DNA from: an uncultured Gemmatimonadales bacterium
Lineage (GTDB): Bacteria; Gemmatimonadota; Gemmatimonadetes; Gemmatimonadales; Gemmatimonadaceae
Assembly: GCA_963793305.1 (NCBI GenBank)
Contig: CAWBZV010000005.1
Location: 1,312,001 to 1,376,000, forward strand
DNA length: 64,000 nucleotides
Direction: 5' to 3'
Made by a program: the position numbers and the translations under genes. Shown piece after piece: positions 1 to 9,995 of the stretch (the stretch's first letter is position 1; every line of letters begins with the position of its first letter). The notes under the pieces are model-generated. The model had not been told where the DNA came from. It did not search any database and saw only the letters and a list, made by a program, of their open reading frames with translations.

Positions 1-114
1 TCGGACGAGCGGGAAGAGGGCGAGACAGACCAGAGCGCCGGCGATCGTCAGGCCGAATTGCCGATCAGACGGTCCTCGTGGAGGCGGCGGGACAATAGGA
101 TCGAGCACGTTCAT
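1..114 (-). CDS. SxtJ-family-like membrane protein, N-terminus only (runs off the left edge)
   Basis: Manual translation MNVLDPIVPPPPRGPSDRQFGLTIAGALVCLALFPLVR; the SxRxFG motif followed by a TM helix resembles SxtJ; ATGA overlap with the GT2 stop. Confidence 0.6.
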   Translation of the reverse strand, partial: MNVLDPIVPPPPRGPSDRQFGLTIAGALVCLALFPLVR

Positions 115-1028
115 TGGGCTCGCCGAACCGACTGGAGGGTGGCGCGGACCGCGGTCCTGGCGGCCCGCCAATACCACGCCGGATAGGCGGGCCGTGTCGC
201 ACCCTGGAGCAACGCCCGGCAGGCAGCGCCAGAGCGCCCGGCGCTCGCGTGCAGCCCGGCCAGCACGAGCGTGCTGTCGGCGCGCCGTCGACGCGCGATC
301 GCGCGCAACGACGGGGCAGGGAGCGACACGGCGTGCTTGCCATACAGGCGCACCCACCCTTCGTATGCGCCGACCCGATCGACACTGTAGTGCGCGTGGC
401 CGCCGGTGCGCACCGTGGTGAGCGGATCGGCGACGACGGCGACCGGGCTCCGCACGGCCAGCCGGATCCACATATCGTAGTCCTCGCAGAACCGCTGGCC
501 CTCGTCGAACCCGCCGACTTCGGCGATGAGGCTGCGTTCGGCGAGCACGGAGGGCACGGCGACATGCGCCTCGAGTCTCAACAGGCGCTCGACGATGTCG
601 CCGGTGTATGCGACCCATGGCGCGAACGTCCCGCTCGGGACGGGCTGGCTGTCAGGGCCGACGATGACCAGAGCAGTGTAGCTCCAGCGGCAGCCGGGTG
701 ACGCCTTGAGGACGTTGAGCTGCACGGCGAGCTTGGTGGGCGCCCAGCTGTCATCCGAATCCAGGAACGCGAGATAGCGGCCGCGCGCACGCCGGATCGC
801 CGTGTTCCGGACGACGGCGGGAATGCCCGAATGCGGTAACCAGAGGACCGTGATGCGCGGGTCGTCGAGCGTGCGGAGGTACGCCTTCGTCTCGTCTCCG
901 GATCCGTCGTCGGCGATGATGAGCTCCCAGTCGGCGTGCGTCTGCCGGAGCGCCAATGCGATGGCCACCCGCAGGCAATCCATGCGATCATACACCGGAA
1001 GGATGATCGAGACGCTCGGGTCGGTCAC
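111..1028 (-). CDS. Glycosyltransferase family 2
   Basis: VSIILPVYDR, IADDGSGD, FLDSDD (DxD), GGFDE..EDYD motifs; GTG start overlaps the upstream TGA. Confidence 0.9.
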   Translation of the reverse strand: MTDPSVSIILPVYDRMDCLRVAIALALRQTHADWELIIADDGSGDETKAYLRTLDDPRITVLWLPHSGIPAVVRNTAIRRARGRYLAFLDSDDSWAPTKLAVQLNVLKASPGCRWSYTALVIVGPDSQPVPSGTFAPWVAYTGDIVERLLRLEAHVAVPSVLAERSLIAEVGGFDEGQRFCEDYDMWIRLAVRSPVAVVADPLTTVRTGGHAHYSVDRVGAYEGWVRLYGKHAVSLPAPSLRAIARRRRADSTLVLAGLHASAGRSGAACRALLQGATRPAYPAWYWRAARTAVRATLQSVRRAQ

Positions 1029-1972
1029 AGGAGCTCGATGTCCCGCGCGTACACGCATGGGCCCGCCATGTGGCAAAACGCCGGCCCATCGCTCATCAGC
1101 GTCTGTCGCACCACGTCGGTCACGAAAAACGTATGGGAGTGGATCGTGTGCACGGCCTGAATCTCGAGCTCGCGGACGAACAAGGCGTCCCGCGGCACGG
1201 GCAGCCCGAACTCCGGCGATACCCTGGTGGCGAACGGCAAAGCAGCCCAGTCGACGCACATCCGCTCGTGATGCTTGCCGAGTGCGTAGGCGTGCTGCTT
1301 GAACGCCGCCGGGAGCGCGCTGACGGCCAAACGTCGGCTGTGCGCCATGAGCGGAATGGCCGGACTCGTCGACCGGAGCGCCATCAAGAATTGTCCCGAC
1401 GAGACCGGGCCGATGAGATCCATCGGAAAGAGATCGCTCGCTCCGCCATCAATCACCGAGATCAGCGAGACTGGTCGCGGGCGCATGTAATACACGTTGA
1501 GCGCACGAAGGGCGCTCGGCGTCATGCGAAAGTTGTACGGATTGGGCTTCTTCTTTCGGCGATACCACCAGTCGCGGCCTTCGCGGGCGCGCTCCTGGAT
1601 GGGGCCGAGGCATCGATTGGTCGATCGCGTGACCTCGCAGATCCACAGGCGATGCCGTTCGGACGGCAGATCGATCGACTGACGTGCCCGCAACATCAAG
1701 CGCCCGCGTACCTGCGTGCCGTCATCCCAATCCTGCAGTGTCAGCGCGAGGGGGGCGGCGAGCACGATTTCCGGCGCGAGCGACGTCTCCAAGCAGAGGC
1801 CGATAGTGAGTGGCCGCAAAGAGACCGGGGCGTGATCGCAGCTCACATCGCGACTCTCGCCGAGCCCGTCCAAGATGACACGAGTGACCCGGCTCGGGTC
1901 TTGGAGCCCGACCGTGGCGTGCGCTTGCCAGGGTGCGCCCCCGAACAGGACGCGCTTGAGGAGTTGCTTCAT
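1025..1972 (-). CDS. Protein with a C-terminal flavin-reductase-like (FMN split-barrel) domain
   Basis: RPVSLISV..DLFPMDLIG..RLAVS..HSHTFFV pattern; start MKQLLKR with ATGA overlap. Confidence 0.55.
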   Translation of the reverse strand: MKQLLKRVLFGGAPWQAHATVGLQDPSRVTRVILDGLGESRDVSCDHAPVSLRPLTIGLCLETSLAPEIVLAAPLALTLQDWDDGTQVRGRLMLRARQSIDLPSERHRLWICEVTRSTNRCLGPIQERAREGRDWWYRRKKKPNPYNFRMTPSALRALNVYYMRPRPVSLISVIDGGASDLFPMDLIGPVSSGQFLMALRSTSPAIPLMAHSRRLAVSALPAAFKQHAYALGKHHERMCVDWAALPFATRVSPEFGLPVPRDALFVRELEIQAVHTIHSHTFFVTDVVRQTLMSDGPAFCHMAGPCVYARDIELL

Positions 1973-2625
1973 GGCGCGCGCTGGAATCCGAGAAAGGTGA
2001 ACTGCCCGAGCAGGCCACCACGACGCAGCACCAGACGGAACGCAGGAGCGGCGGCGCGCGCGATGGCTCCGACGTAGTGGCGATAGCTCGCGGCGTCGCT
2101 GCCCTCGACGGTCAGCATCGCCGTCCCCCAACTCCTCGAGAGGGCGCGCCACCACCAGCCGCAGCGCAGATCGCGCCAATAGAATGGATTGATCACGCTG
2201 ACGATAACCTGGCCCCCGGGCGCCACCGCTCGCGCAAAGCGCCCGAAGAGGTCGCCCAGGTCGGGCACCAGATTGAGCACGGCAAAGTTGGCGACGATCG
2301 CGTCGACCTGGCCATCGAACGGGACGGTGAGTGGGGTCACCACCCCGTCCGCAATCTCCCGCGAGCAACGAATGGCGAGCTGGTCGATCATCCGTGGTGA
2401 GGGATCGTACGCGATGACGGTGAAGCCGCGGCTGGCGTACCACGCGGCATCGAGGCCGGTGCCGCACCCGAAGTCGAGTACGCGCGATGCTGGTGGGATG
2501 CGGTCCGCGACGAGCGTGCGGAAGGCATCGCGAAATCGGGCGTTCCGCGGCTCGCGATCCATCGTCGCGTCGTACCGCGCGGCCTGCGCATCGTAGTACG
2601 CGGCAATCCGCGCGGCGTCAATCAT
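1969..2625 (-). CDS. Class I SAM-dependent methyltransferase
   Basis: VLDFGCGTG motif I; NFAVLN; PGG motif. Confidence 0.9.
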   Translation of the reverse strand: MIDAARIAAYYDAQAARYDATMDREPRNARFRDAFRTLVADRIPPASRVLDFGCGTGLDAAWYASRGFTVIAYDPSPRMIDQLAIRCSREIADGVVTPLTVPFDGQVDAIVANFAVLNLVPDLGDLFGRFARAVAPGGQVIVSVINPFYWRDLRCGWWWRALSRSWGTAMLTVEGSDAASYRHYVGAIARAAAPAFRLVLRRGGLLGQFTFLGFQRAP

Positions 2626-3559
2626 GGATCACCCGCGGGACGCCCGCGACGATGACGAGCGCAACGTCGGCCTCCGTTGCTTCCCAGACCGGGCGGCGGA
2701 ACACCGCGAGGTCCGCTGGCGCGCCGCACTCGAGCGATGGCTCCGGAAGTCCCAATCGCCGCGCCGCCGTGCGGCCGACCGCATCGAGCAGCCGCTCGTC
2801 GGACATGAGTCCCGACGTCCTCGCGAATCTCAGCTCATCGAGTAGAGACCCGGCGCCGGTAAGCAATGAATCGCTGCCGAGCAGTATGTCTATCCCTGGA
2901 GCCAAAAGATCCGCCGGCACAGTCGCGTCGAATAAAAACGCATTGGATGAAGGGCACCAGATGACCGCCGCTCCGCTCCCCCGTAGCCGCCGCACACCAT
3001 CGTCGTCGGTTCCGACCACGTGGACGGCCAGCAGGGACGGCGTCAAAAGACCCCGCCGATCCAGTTCGCGGACCTCGTCGGCCGATCGTTCGTCGACCCC
3101 TTCGGCGAGATGCATTGTCCACGGCCCCTCGCGTCTGCCGTCCGGCGGCTCGATGCCGAGCGAGTGCACGTTCGGCACCCGAGCAACCCGAACGGGGAAT
3201 TCCGGGTCGTCGAACGCCGGCTCCCACGCATCGTGATGCACCACGGTAGTCACGCCGGCAGCCAGATTCTTCCACGCGCCCGTCTGCAGCGCTTCCCGAC
3301 GCGGCACAGCGCGCGCCCGCTCGATCTCATGGGCGAAGCGCACGTGGATGTCGTCCCCCCACTCGTACGCGTTGGCATACGGCGGACAACCGAGCCGACC
3401 GTAGTGGTTCCGGTGTAGGTGATCGTGCGCGTTGATCAATCCGGGCCGCAACTCGCCATCCGGGATACGGAGCACACGATCGATCCGTCCCGTGGGCGGC
3501 ACGATGATCCCGTCCTCGATGCCAACGGTGGCATTCCGCGCCTCGATGACGAGCTTCAC
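2618..3559 (-). CDS. Metal-dependent amidohydrolase (deaminase-like)
   Basis: PGLINAHDHL (HxH), HLAEG, WCPSSN, LGSDS. Confidence 0.85.
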   Translation of the reverse strand: MKLVIEARNATVGIEDGIIVPPTGRIDRVLRIPDGELRPGLINAHDHLHRNHYGRLGCPPYANAYEWGDDIHVRFAHEIERARAVPRREALQTGAWKNLAAGVTTVVHHDAWEPAFDDPEFPVRVARVPNVHSLGIEPPDGRREGPWTMHLAEGVDERSADEVRELDRRGLLTPSLLAVHVVGTDDDGVRRLRGSGAAVIWCPSSNAFLFDATVPADLLAPGIDILLGSDSLLTGAGSLLDELRFARTSGLMSDERLLDAVGRTAARRLGLPEPSLECGAPADLAVFRRPVWEATEADVALVIVAGVPRVIHD

Positions 3560-4218
3560 CGCCGCGCCTCGCGCCGATAGGCGAGCACCAGCACGAGCTT
3601 GAGCCCCCGCTGCGCCTCATACACGCCGAGTCGATCGGCCGTCGCGTAGAACGGCCGAATGAGCGGGCCGACGATGCCGTCATGCCGCACGGTTCTGGCG
3701 AGGCCGGCTCGCACGGCCGCCGCCCGGTGCGCCGCATCGTCATGCACCCAATGCTCGATCTCATGCGTCACGCCATCCGCGTCGCGGAACGTGCGTCGAT
3801 GCCCGGCGGCGACGGCGTCAGAATGGAAGTCGGTGACGACGACCGTCCCACCCGCCCGGCACACCCGCGCGAGCTCGGCGTACGTCGCGTCGAGCTCGCG
3901 GATGTGCCCGATGACGAGCCGACACCACACGACATCGAACGACGCAGTCGCAAATGGCAGCGCGCGCAGATCGGCCGCGGCCACGGGCTCCACGCGATCT
4001 GGTGATTGCAGCATCTCCGGTACCGCGTCCACGCCGACGGCAAATCGCGCCGGGATCCCCCGCATGCGCCTCCCAACACCACACCCTGCATCCAGCAGTC
4101 GCCGGCCAGCAACCGGCACGGTCAGCGCCCCGACGAGCCGGTCCTCGAGGAAGCTGACGGCAGTCTCCGCCTCATAGCACGGAGCCCACAGCCGATACCC
4201 CTCCCGACTCGACAACAT
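3556..4218 (-). CDS. Class I SAM-dependent methyltransferase (BioC-like N-terminus)
   Basis: EGYRLWAPCY, LLDAGCGVG, LPF..SFDVV. Confidence 0.85.
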   Translation of the reverse strand: MLSSREGYRLWAPCYEAETAVSFLEDRLVGALTVPVAGRRLLDAGCGVGRRMRGIPARFAVGVDAVPEMLQSPDRVEPVAAADLRALPFATASFDVVWCRLVIGHIRELDATYAELARVCRAGGTVVVTDFHSDAVAAGHRRTFRDADGVTHEIEHWVHDDAAHRAAAVRAGLARTVRHDGIVGPLIRPFYATADRLGVYEAQRGLKLVLVLAYRREARR

Positions 4219-4220
4219 GC

Positions 4221-5726
4221 TCACCGTGCGGCTTCTCGCAGATGTCCGTACGCCTGCCGATCGTCGGGCACTCGCTGGGCCCACCGTCGCACCGTGCGCA
4301 ACGCCCGAGGGTGGGAGAAGTTGCCACGCGCCCACCGTCCACGCGCCAGCACTTGCCCGAGCGTCCGCCCCCACCCTTGGACCCTGGTATCATGCACCGA
4401 CGGAAAGCGGCTCTTGAGCACCAGGGTGAAATCTTCGACTCGTTCTTTCAATCGCCGGTCGAGCCATGGCACGTGTGGATCTTCGTGCGTCATCCACGAC
4501 ACCCACTCCGGCTGCGTCCACTCGTCCAGCGTGGTCGGTGTTCCGCTGAGCGCATCGACGTTGCCGTACGTCCCGCGTCGCTGCGGGGTCGGCGTATAGA
4601 AGTACGAGATCAGCTCCATCGCCGGATTGACGGTCTTGAGTCGCCGAATGAACGTCAGCGTGTTCTCGATCTCCCGCTCGGGATCATCTGGATCGCCGAA
4701 CACGAACGAGAACTCCGGGATGATCCCGTGTATCCGCGACCGTGCGGCGACCTCGAGCACCTGCGCCGTCGTGATTTTCTTGTTCATCTTCTGCAGCACC
4801 GCGTCCGATCCCGACTCGGCCCCGCAAAACACCATGGTCAGCCCCGCGCGCTTGAGGAGCCGCCAGGTGTCGTCCGAGAATCGCAGGAGCGCATCGACTC
4901 GCGCTTCGCACCACCACCGCAATCCGAGCGGCGCGATCCGCTCAGCAAATTCTCTCGCGTGGTCTTCGCCGACAAAAAAGTTATTGTCGTAGAAATGCAC
5001 GGAATCCATCCCGTGTCTTCGCGCCAGCATTGCCAGATGCCGTACCGTTCGCGCCGGCGACTGCTGTCTCTCCCGGCTCCCGAACACCGAGATGACGCCG
5101 CAGAAGTTGCACCCGTACGGACACCCGATCGACGCCTGATACACACCGGATCGCCGTCCGAGAAATGTGGGTCGGAGATACGTCTCGATCGGGATCTTAT
5201 AGTAGGCCGGCTCGGGCAACGCATCAGGCCCGACCCACCGCCGCTCATGCCCGATCCAATGGTTGCCGTCCGGCTCCCGGAATCCGAGACCCGCCACGGT
5301 TTTTGGATCGCGATGGCCTGCGAGCACGTCGAGCAGCTCGACGAACGTCTGTTCGCCCTGCCCGCGGACGATCCAATCGACGTCCGGCGAGTTGAGCACG
5401 GGCGTCGGGTAGAGGCTCGGGAAGTTGCCACCCCACACGATCGGCAGATGCGGATGCCGCGCCTTGAGCGCGTGCGCCAACGGCACCGCGCTCACCAGCT
5501 GCGGCCCGGGCATCACGCTGAACGCGACCACCGTCACGGGGTCCCCCGTGCCACGGCGCCGATCGATATGCGTCTCGATCTCGGCCAATACGTCGATGTC
5601 GGGCAGATTCCCATCGACGATCTCCCAGCTCACGCCTTCGGGAAGCGCCGCGCCGACGGCCATCACCGACAGCGGGAAGCGCCGGTTCTTCGGGCGTGTC
5701 GCCCTCGGGTTGACAAAGACAATCAT
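4221..5726 (-). CDS. B12-binding-domain radical SAM enzyme
   Basis: N-terminal cobalamin-binding fold (PIVWGGNFPS, VRGQGE), CPYGCNFC (CxxxCxxC), FYDNNF, GAESGS. Confidence 0.92.
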   Translation of the reverse strand: MIVFVNPRATRPKNRRFPLSVMAVGAALPEGVSWEIVDGNLPDIDVLAEIETHIDRRRGTGDPVTVVAFSVMPGPQLVSAVPLAHALKARHPHLPIVWGGNFPSLYPTPVLNSPDVDWIVRGQGEQTFVELLDVLAGHRDPKTVAGLGFREPDGNHWIGHERRWVGPDALPEPAYYKIPIETYLRPTFLGRRSGVYQASIGCPYGCNFCGVISVFGSRERQQSPARTVRHLAMLARRHGMDSVHFYDNNFFVGEDHAREFAERIAPLGLRWWCEARVDALLRFSDDTWRLLKRAGLTMVFCGAESGSDAVLQKMNKKITTAQVLEVAARSRIHGIIPEFSFVFGDPDDPEREIENTLTFIRRLKTVNPAMELISYFYTPTPQRRGTYGNVDALSGTPTTLDEWTQPEWVSWMTHEDPHVPWLDRRLKERVEDFTLVLKSRFPSVHDTRVQGWGRTLGQVLARGRWARGNFSHPRALRTVRRWAQRVPDDRQAYGHLREAAR

Positions 5727-6490
5727 GCGATACGCTCGAAGTGATACAGCACGTGATCGCCGAGCGGCGCCAGCGGCCGCGAGACGACGCGGTCGATGGC
5801 TTCCATCGCGCCCAGCAAGTGCGGATGTCCAGAGATCCACGGCTCAGCCGCGCTCGGCGGCACGGCGACGCCAATGCCAAGGCGTCGGACGAGCCGGAAC
5901 CAAGGCCGCATGGCGCTCACGATCTCCCATGGCCGGTGATAGCGAACCACGAAATGTTGCCCGCCGAGGCGCGCCGGCGCGTCGTGGTGCAAGCGTCGCA
6001 CGGCGGCCCGGAGGTCGCGCCGTGCGAGTTGCACGACGACCTCGCCAGGTGAGCACGTGCCGAACAAGACGAGGAGCGCTTGGCCCCCAGGTCGCACCAA
6101 TCGCGCGAGCCCTCGGGCGACGGGGACCAGATCGGTGACGCAGTTCAGCCCCGCGAAGTTCGAGAACGCACCGTCGAACGCCGGTTGATCCAACTCATCG
6201 AGCCGCTCGGCCGGCAGCACGGCGGCCGATGCGCCGAGCCGTTCTTGCGCGATGCGGACCATCGCCGGTGCCGCGTCGGTGAGAAAGACGTGTCGCCCGT
6301 GCGCGGTGAGCCATTCGGCGTCGACTCCCGTTCCGCCGCCCACTTCCAGCACGCGCGATCCCGGCGGGAATGCGCCGAGCAGGGCGGCACGCACGGCGCG
6401 GCGCTGCGCGGCAACGCTGAGCCATGCCCCGTAGCGTTCGTCGAAGCGATCGGCGATCGCGTCGAAGGCGAGAGCAGCCGCGGTCGTCAT
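5723..6490 (-). CDS. Class I SAM-dependent methyltransferase
   Basis: VLEVGGGTG, FSNFAGLNC, RPGG. Confidence 0.9.
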   Translation of the reverse strand: MTTAAALAFDAIADRFDERYGAWLSVAAQRRAVRAALLGAFPPGSRVLEVGGGTGVDAEWLTAHGRHVFLTDAAPAMVRIAQERLGASAAVLPAERLDELDQPAFDGAFSNFAGLNCVTDLVPVARGLARLVRPGGQALLVLFGTCSPGEVVVQLARRDLRAAVRRLHHDAPARLGGQHFVVRYHRPWEIVSAMRPWFRLVRRLGIGVAVPPSAAEPWISGHPHLLGAMEAIDRVVSRPLAPLGDHVLYHFERIA

Positions 6491-7839
6491 GCCGAGCGGC
6501 CGCTGGCGAGCTCAGTCCACCGCCCGACGTCTTCCTCGCCGGTCGTGACTTCGTGGTGCAACGCGTCCCGCAACTGGCGATAGAAGTTGGTGTTGTATGT
6601 GCCGTGGAAGAGCATGGCGAGATCGTCGGTATGCTCCCAATTCCGCTTCGCCCCGAGCTCGGCCACTACGTTCTCGTGGAACTTGGTCCCAGGCAACGGA
6701 TACGAGACCGACACGCCGATCTCGTCGGGTCGTTCCTCGCGAATGAGATCGCGGGTCAACAGGACGTCGTTCCACGTCTCCGACGGATAGCCGAGCTGGA
6801 TGAACCAGCAGGCGCGAATACCCCGCGCTTTGAGCGCCCGGGTGGCCGCGCGGGCTTCTTCGACGCGCGTGCCCTTATCCATGGCGTCGAGGATTTTCTG
6901 GGATCCCGACTCGACGCCGAGCCAGACCTCTTCGGCTCCGGCCGCCGCCAACGCACTGACGACATCCGGCCGCATAAGGTTCACGCGTGACTGGATCATG
7001 AACGGCGTCTCGGCTCCTTCGCGCGCGACGGCGCGCGCGAAGTCCGCAATCCACTCCGCCGTCAACCCGAAGATGTCATCGGCGAACCAGATGTGATCGG
7101 CGCCGATCTCGTTCTTGATGTGGCGCATCTCGGCCGCGACGGCGCCGGGAGACCGTTGCGTGTACCGCCGCCCGAACACGGGCTTCGCGCACCAGTTGCA
7201 TCCATATGGGCAGCCGCGGGACGTCACCATGTTCCACGAGAAGCGACCATGGTGATCGACCCACACGTCACGGTACGCCTCGACATCGATCAGGTCCCAC
7301 GCCGGGAGCGGCAGCACGTCGAGATCGCGGAGGGCATGCCGCGAGGGCGTCGTCGTTCCGTCCGGCAGGATCAACCCAGGCACCTCGGTGAGTGCCGCGT
7401 TCGGATCGCTCACCCAGATGTCGGCGAGCTGCAGCACAGCCATTTCGCTCTCGCCGAAGAGCACCGCATCGGCGCCGGCCGCGAGATAGATCGCGGGACG
7501 GTCCGACGAGTCCGACCCATTGACGACCACGCGGGCGCCGCGAGCGCGCGCCGCGCGAATCATCGCCAGGGTCGCCTCGCGCGTGCGGGTCGTACACATC
7601 TTCGTGAGGTAATTGAAGTTGTCCTCGACGATGGCCACGATGTCCGGTCGCACGTCGTCGAGCATCGCCGTGAACGCGTCCACGCCCGATGCCAGCATCG
7701 CATCGAAGAACGCGACGGGATGCCGTCGTTGGCGCAAGAGCCCGGCGGTCAGCAGTGTCGCCAGCGGCGCGTACGGCTTCATGCGCGCGAGCTGTTTCGG
7801 GTCGTTGCGGAGAAAGTACGAATGCGCGATCAAAATCAT
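6487..7839 (-). CDS. B12-binding-domain radical SAM enzyme
   Basis: TSRGCPYGCNWC, FADDIF, GVESGSQ, YPLPGT; N-terminal B12-type domain; start MILIAHSY. Confidence 0.92.
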   Translation of the reverse strand: MILIAHSYFLRNDPKQLARMKPYAPLATLLTAGLLRQRRHPVAFFDAMLASGVDAFTAMLDDVRPDIVAIVEDNFNYLTKMCTTRTREATLAMIRAARARGARVVVNGSDSSDRPAIYLAAGADAVLFGESEMAVLQLADIWVSDPNAALTEVPGLILPDGTTTPSRHALRDLDVLPLPAWDLIDVEAYRDVWVDHHGRFSWNMVTSRGCPYGCNWCAKPVFGRRYTQRSPGAVAAEMRHIKNEIGADHIWFADDIFGLTAEWIADFARAVAREGAETPFMIQSRVNLMRPDVVSALAAAGAEEVWLGVESGSQKILDAMDKGTRVEEARAATRALKARGIRACWFIQLGYPSETWNDVLLTRDLIREERPDEIGVSVSYPLPGTKFHENVVAELGAKRNWEHTDDLAMLFHGTYNTNFYRQLRDALHHEVTTGEEDVGRWTELASGRSA

Positions 7840-8841
7840 GACACCCTCTGGGCAGCGTCGAGCATCGTGACGAGATGCGGCACGGCGCTCGATGGATCGT
7901 TGGAGACGGCGAGCTCCCATCCGCCGACACCCGCCAAAGCGCGAGCGCAGGCGGCGAGCCGCGTGGGGAAACGATCGAATCCGGGTTCCGGTTCCCGAGC
8001 CAGCGCGGCCGCGACAGTCTCCGGTCGCGCTCGCGTCAATACGGTCTCGTCACTGGTTCGCGTCAGTAAGCACACTACCGCGCGCTCCGCGCGCAGTGCC
8101 GCATCGCTCGGGCGATCGAGCGCGACGGATATCTTGCACTTCCCGCTCGGCAGCCTGACCGGATCGAGCGCCGCCAGCGTCGGAAATCGTTCTCTCGCAT
8201 CCGGCAGAAGCGAGATGCGCCGTCCACGCGTCGGCGGCCCCCACACGGTCATCCGAGGCCGCAACTGCACCCACACGGTGTCATCGCTCACGACGGTGAG
8301 GCCTGCTAGAATGCGCCGCATACGCGAGTGTGCTCTTGCCCGCGCCGCTGGGCCCCAACAACAACACGATCGCCCCACCATGCGACACCGCTGCCGCATG
8401 AACGGGGTGGCGATCGTAGTGATCGACGATGGCGTAGGTCAGCGCCTCGAGGATGGTCTGTCGAAACTCCATCTTCCGAGCGACTAGCGCACACGGCACA
8501 AAGCCAAGGGCCTGGCGTCGAATCGGATCGGCCACGGCGACGCGATCGGCGCCGTGCAGAATGAGTCGAGACGCGTCGGGGGACCACACCCGTGCCGCCG
8601 AGGACGGCGCCGCGTGCTCCCCGTGCACCACGATGCGCACGAGCAGCGGCTTTCGTCGCCACGGCTTGCTCCCGGCAACCGCATCGCCGAACGCGTCCGC
8701 CGCGGCGTCGAGAACAGCGTAGCTGTTGCTCTCGAAGCGTACCGGCACGCCCAACACACTCGTGGTCAGCACCTGATCCGTCACGATGTCGCGACCGAGC
8801 GGGTCACGACTCTCCGAGAAGTCGATGCCGCAGTGGTTCAT
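7836..8841 (-). CDS. HPr-kinase-like P-loop protein, split by a +1 insertion near 8310
   Basis: HAAAV..LLGPSGAGKST (Walker A) in one frame continues as LAGLTVVSDD in the next; span is 3n+1; ATGA overlaps at both ends. Confidence 0.75.
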
Positions 8842-9966
8842 GATTGCGCTCCGCGACCTTCGGCCAACACGACTTCGTCGTAGAGCTCCTCGAACATCCG
8901 CGCCGTCACATCGGCGTTCTCCGTCAGGGCGCGCTCGTGCGCCGCGGTCGCGAGTCGCATCCGATAGTCGTCGTTCGCGAGGACCGAGGCCATCGCGCAC
9001 GCCATCGAGTCGGCGTCGCCGATCGGTACGGCGACCGCCGCCTCCGGCGCCCATTCCGCGACATGACCGACGCGCGTGCCAACCGTCGGTAGGCCGGCCA
9101 CCGCTGCCTCCAGCACGGCCGCCGGCCCCGCTTCGTGGCGCGAGCTCATGAGGTGCACATCCGCTTGGGCCGCGAGCGTGTGGAGATCGTTATATCGGAG
9201 CTTGCCGTGAAACGTGACGCAACCGGAGAGCCCCAACTCCTGCGCGGTCTGCTGGAACGTCGCCGCCAAGCGTGTCGTAGCCGGCAATGTCGAGATGGAA
9301 CGGCACGTCCATGCGGGAGAGCAACGACGCCGCGCGGAGCAGCATCCCTTGGTCTTTCACCCGATTGAGGTCGGCAATGTGCAGCAGGCGCGCCGGTTGG
9401 GTCATGTCGCGCGGCCGCGGTGGCGCCGGGGACCAGCGGTCGAGCGCGATGCCGAGTGGGATCCGACGGGCGGCGATGCCCAATGCGGCCGCGGTTTCGG
9501 CCATCGGCGCGCTGGTGACCGTGACGCGTTGCGCACCAGCGACGGCCAGTCGCAGGACGAGACGACCGCGCGCCGTGCGTCGCTGTCCGTACCCGATCTC
9601 GGGGATCGACACCATCTCGGCGCCCGTCATGTGCAGCACGACCGGAACGCGAAAGCGCCAACCGGCGATCGCCGCGGTCGATCCCGTGCCTGATACCCAG
9701 AACGCGTGAAAGACATCGAATGGCCGCCTCCGATGCTCGTCTGCCAGCACGGCGAGTGCGCGCCGTCGCCGGCCTGCGCCGCCGCCGACATCGTGGACGG
9801 TCGCGCCCAGGAGCTCGTATCGGCCGATCGCCGGTGTTGGCGTCAACGCGAGCACCACCACGGCGTGTCGGCGCGACAGGCGCTCGATCAGTGCGAGCAG
9901 CACGGGGATCACCCCGTCCGTTCCGCTCCGATCAACGCCCCCGGGCACGAACAGCGCGATACGCAT
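8838..9966 (-). CDS. Glycosyltransferase family 4 (GT-B), split by a +1 insertion at 9255-9261
   Basis: MRIALFVPGG..RVKDQ in one frame, SRHEAGPAAVLEA (ExxxxxxxE) in the next; span is 3n+1. Confidence 0.85.
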
Positions 9967-9995
9967 CAGCGGCGGGGTCTCTTAGCTTTCGCCCG

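Noticed and set aside
1..114. Saxitoxin biosynthesis
   Set aside because: SxtJ-like proteins are widespread outside sxt clusters, and no sxtA- or sxtG-like genes are seen
4221..7839. Naming the radical SAMs bchE, hpnJ or hpnP
   Set aside because: No photosynthesis or hopanoid genes in the window; the motifs support only the broad B12-radical SAM class
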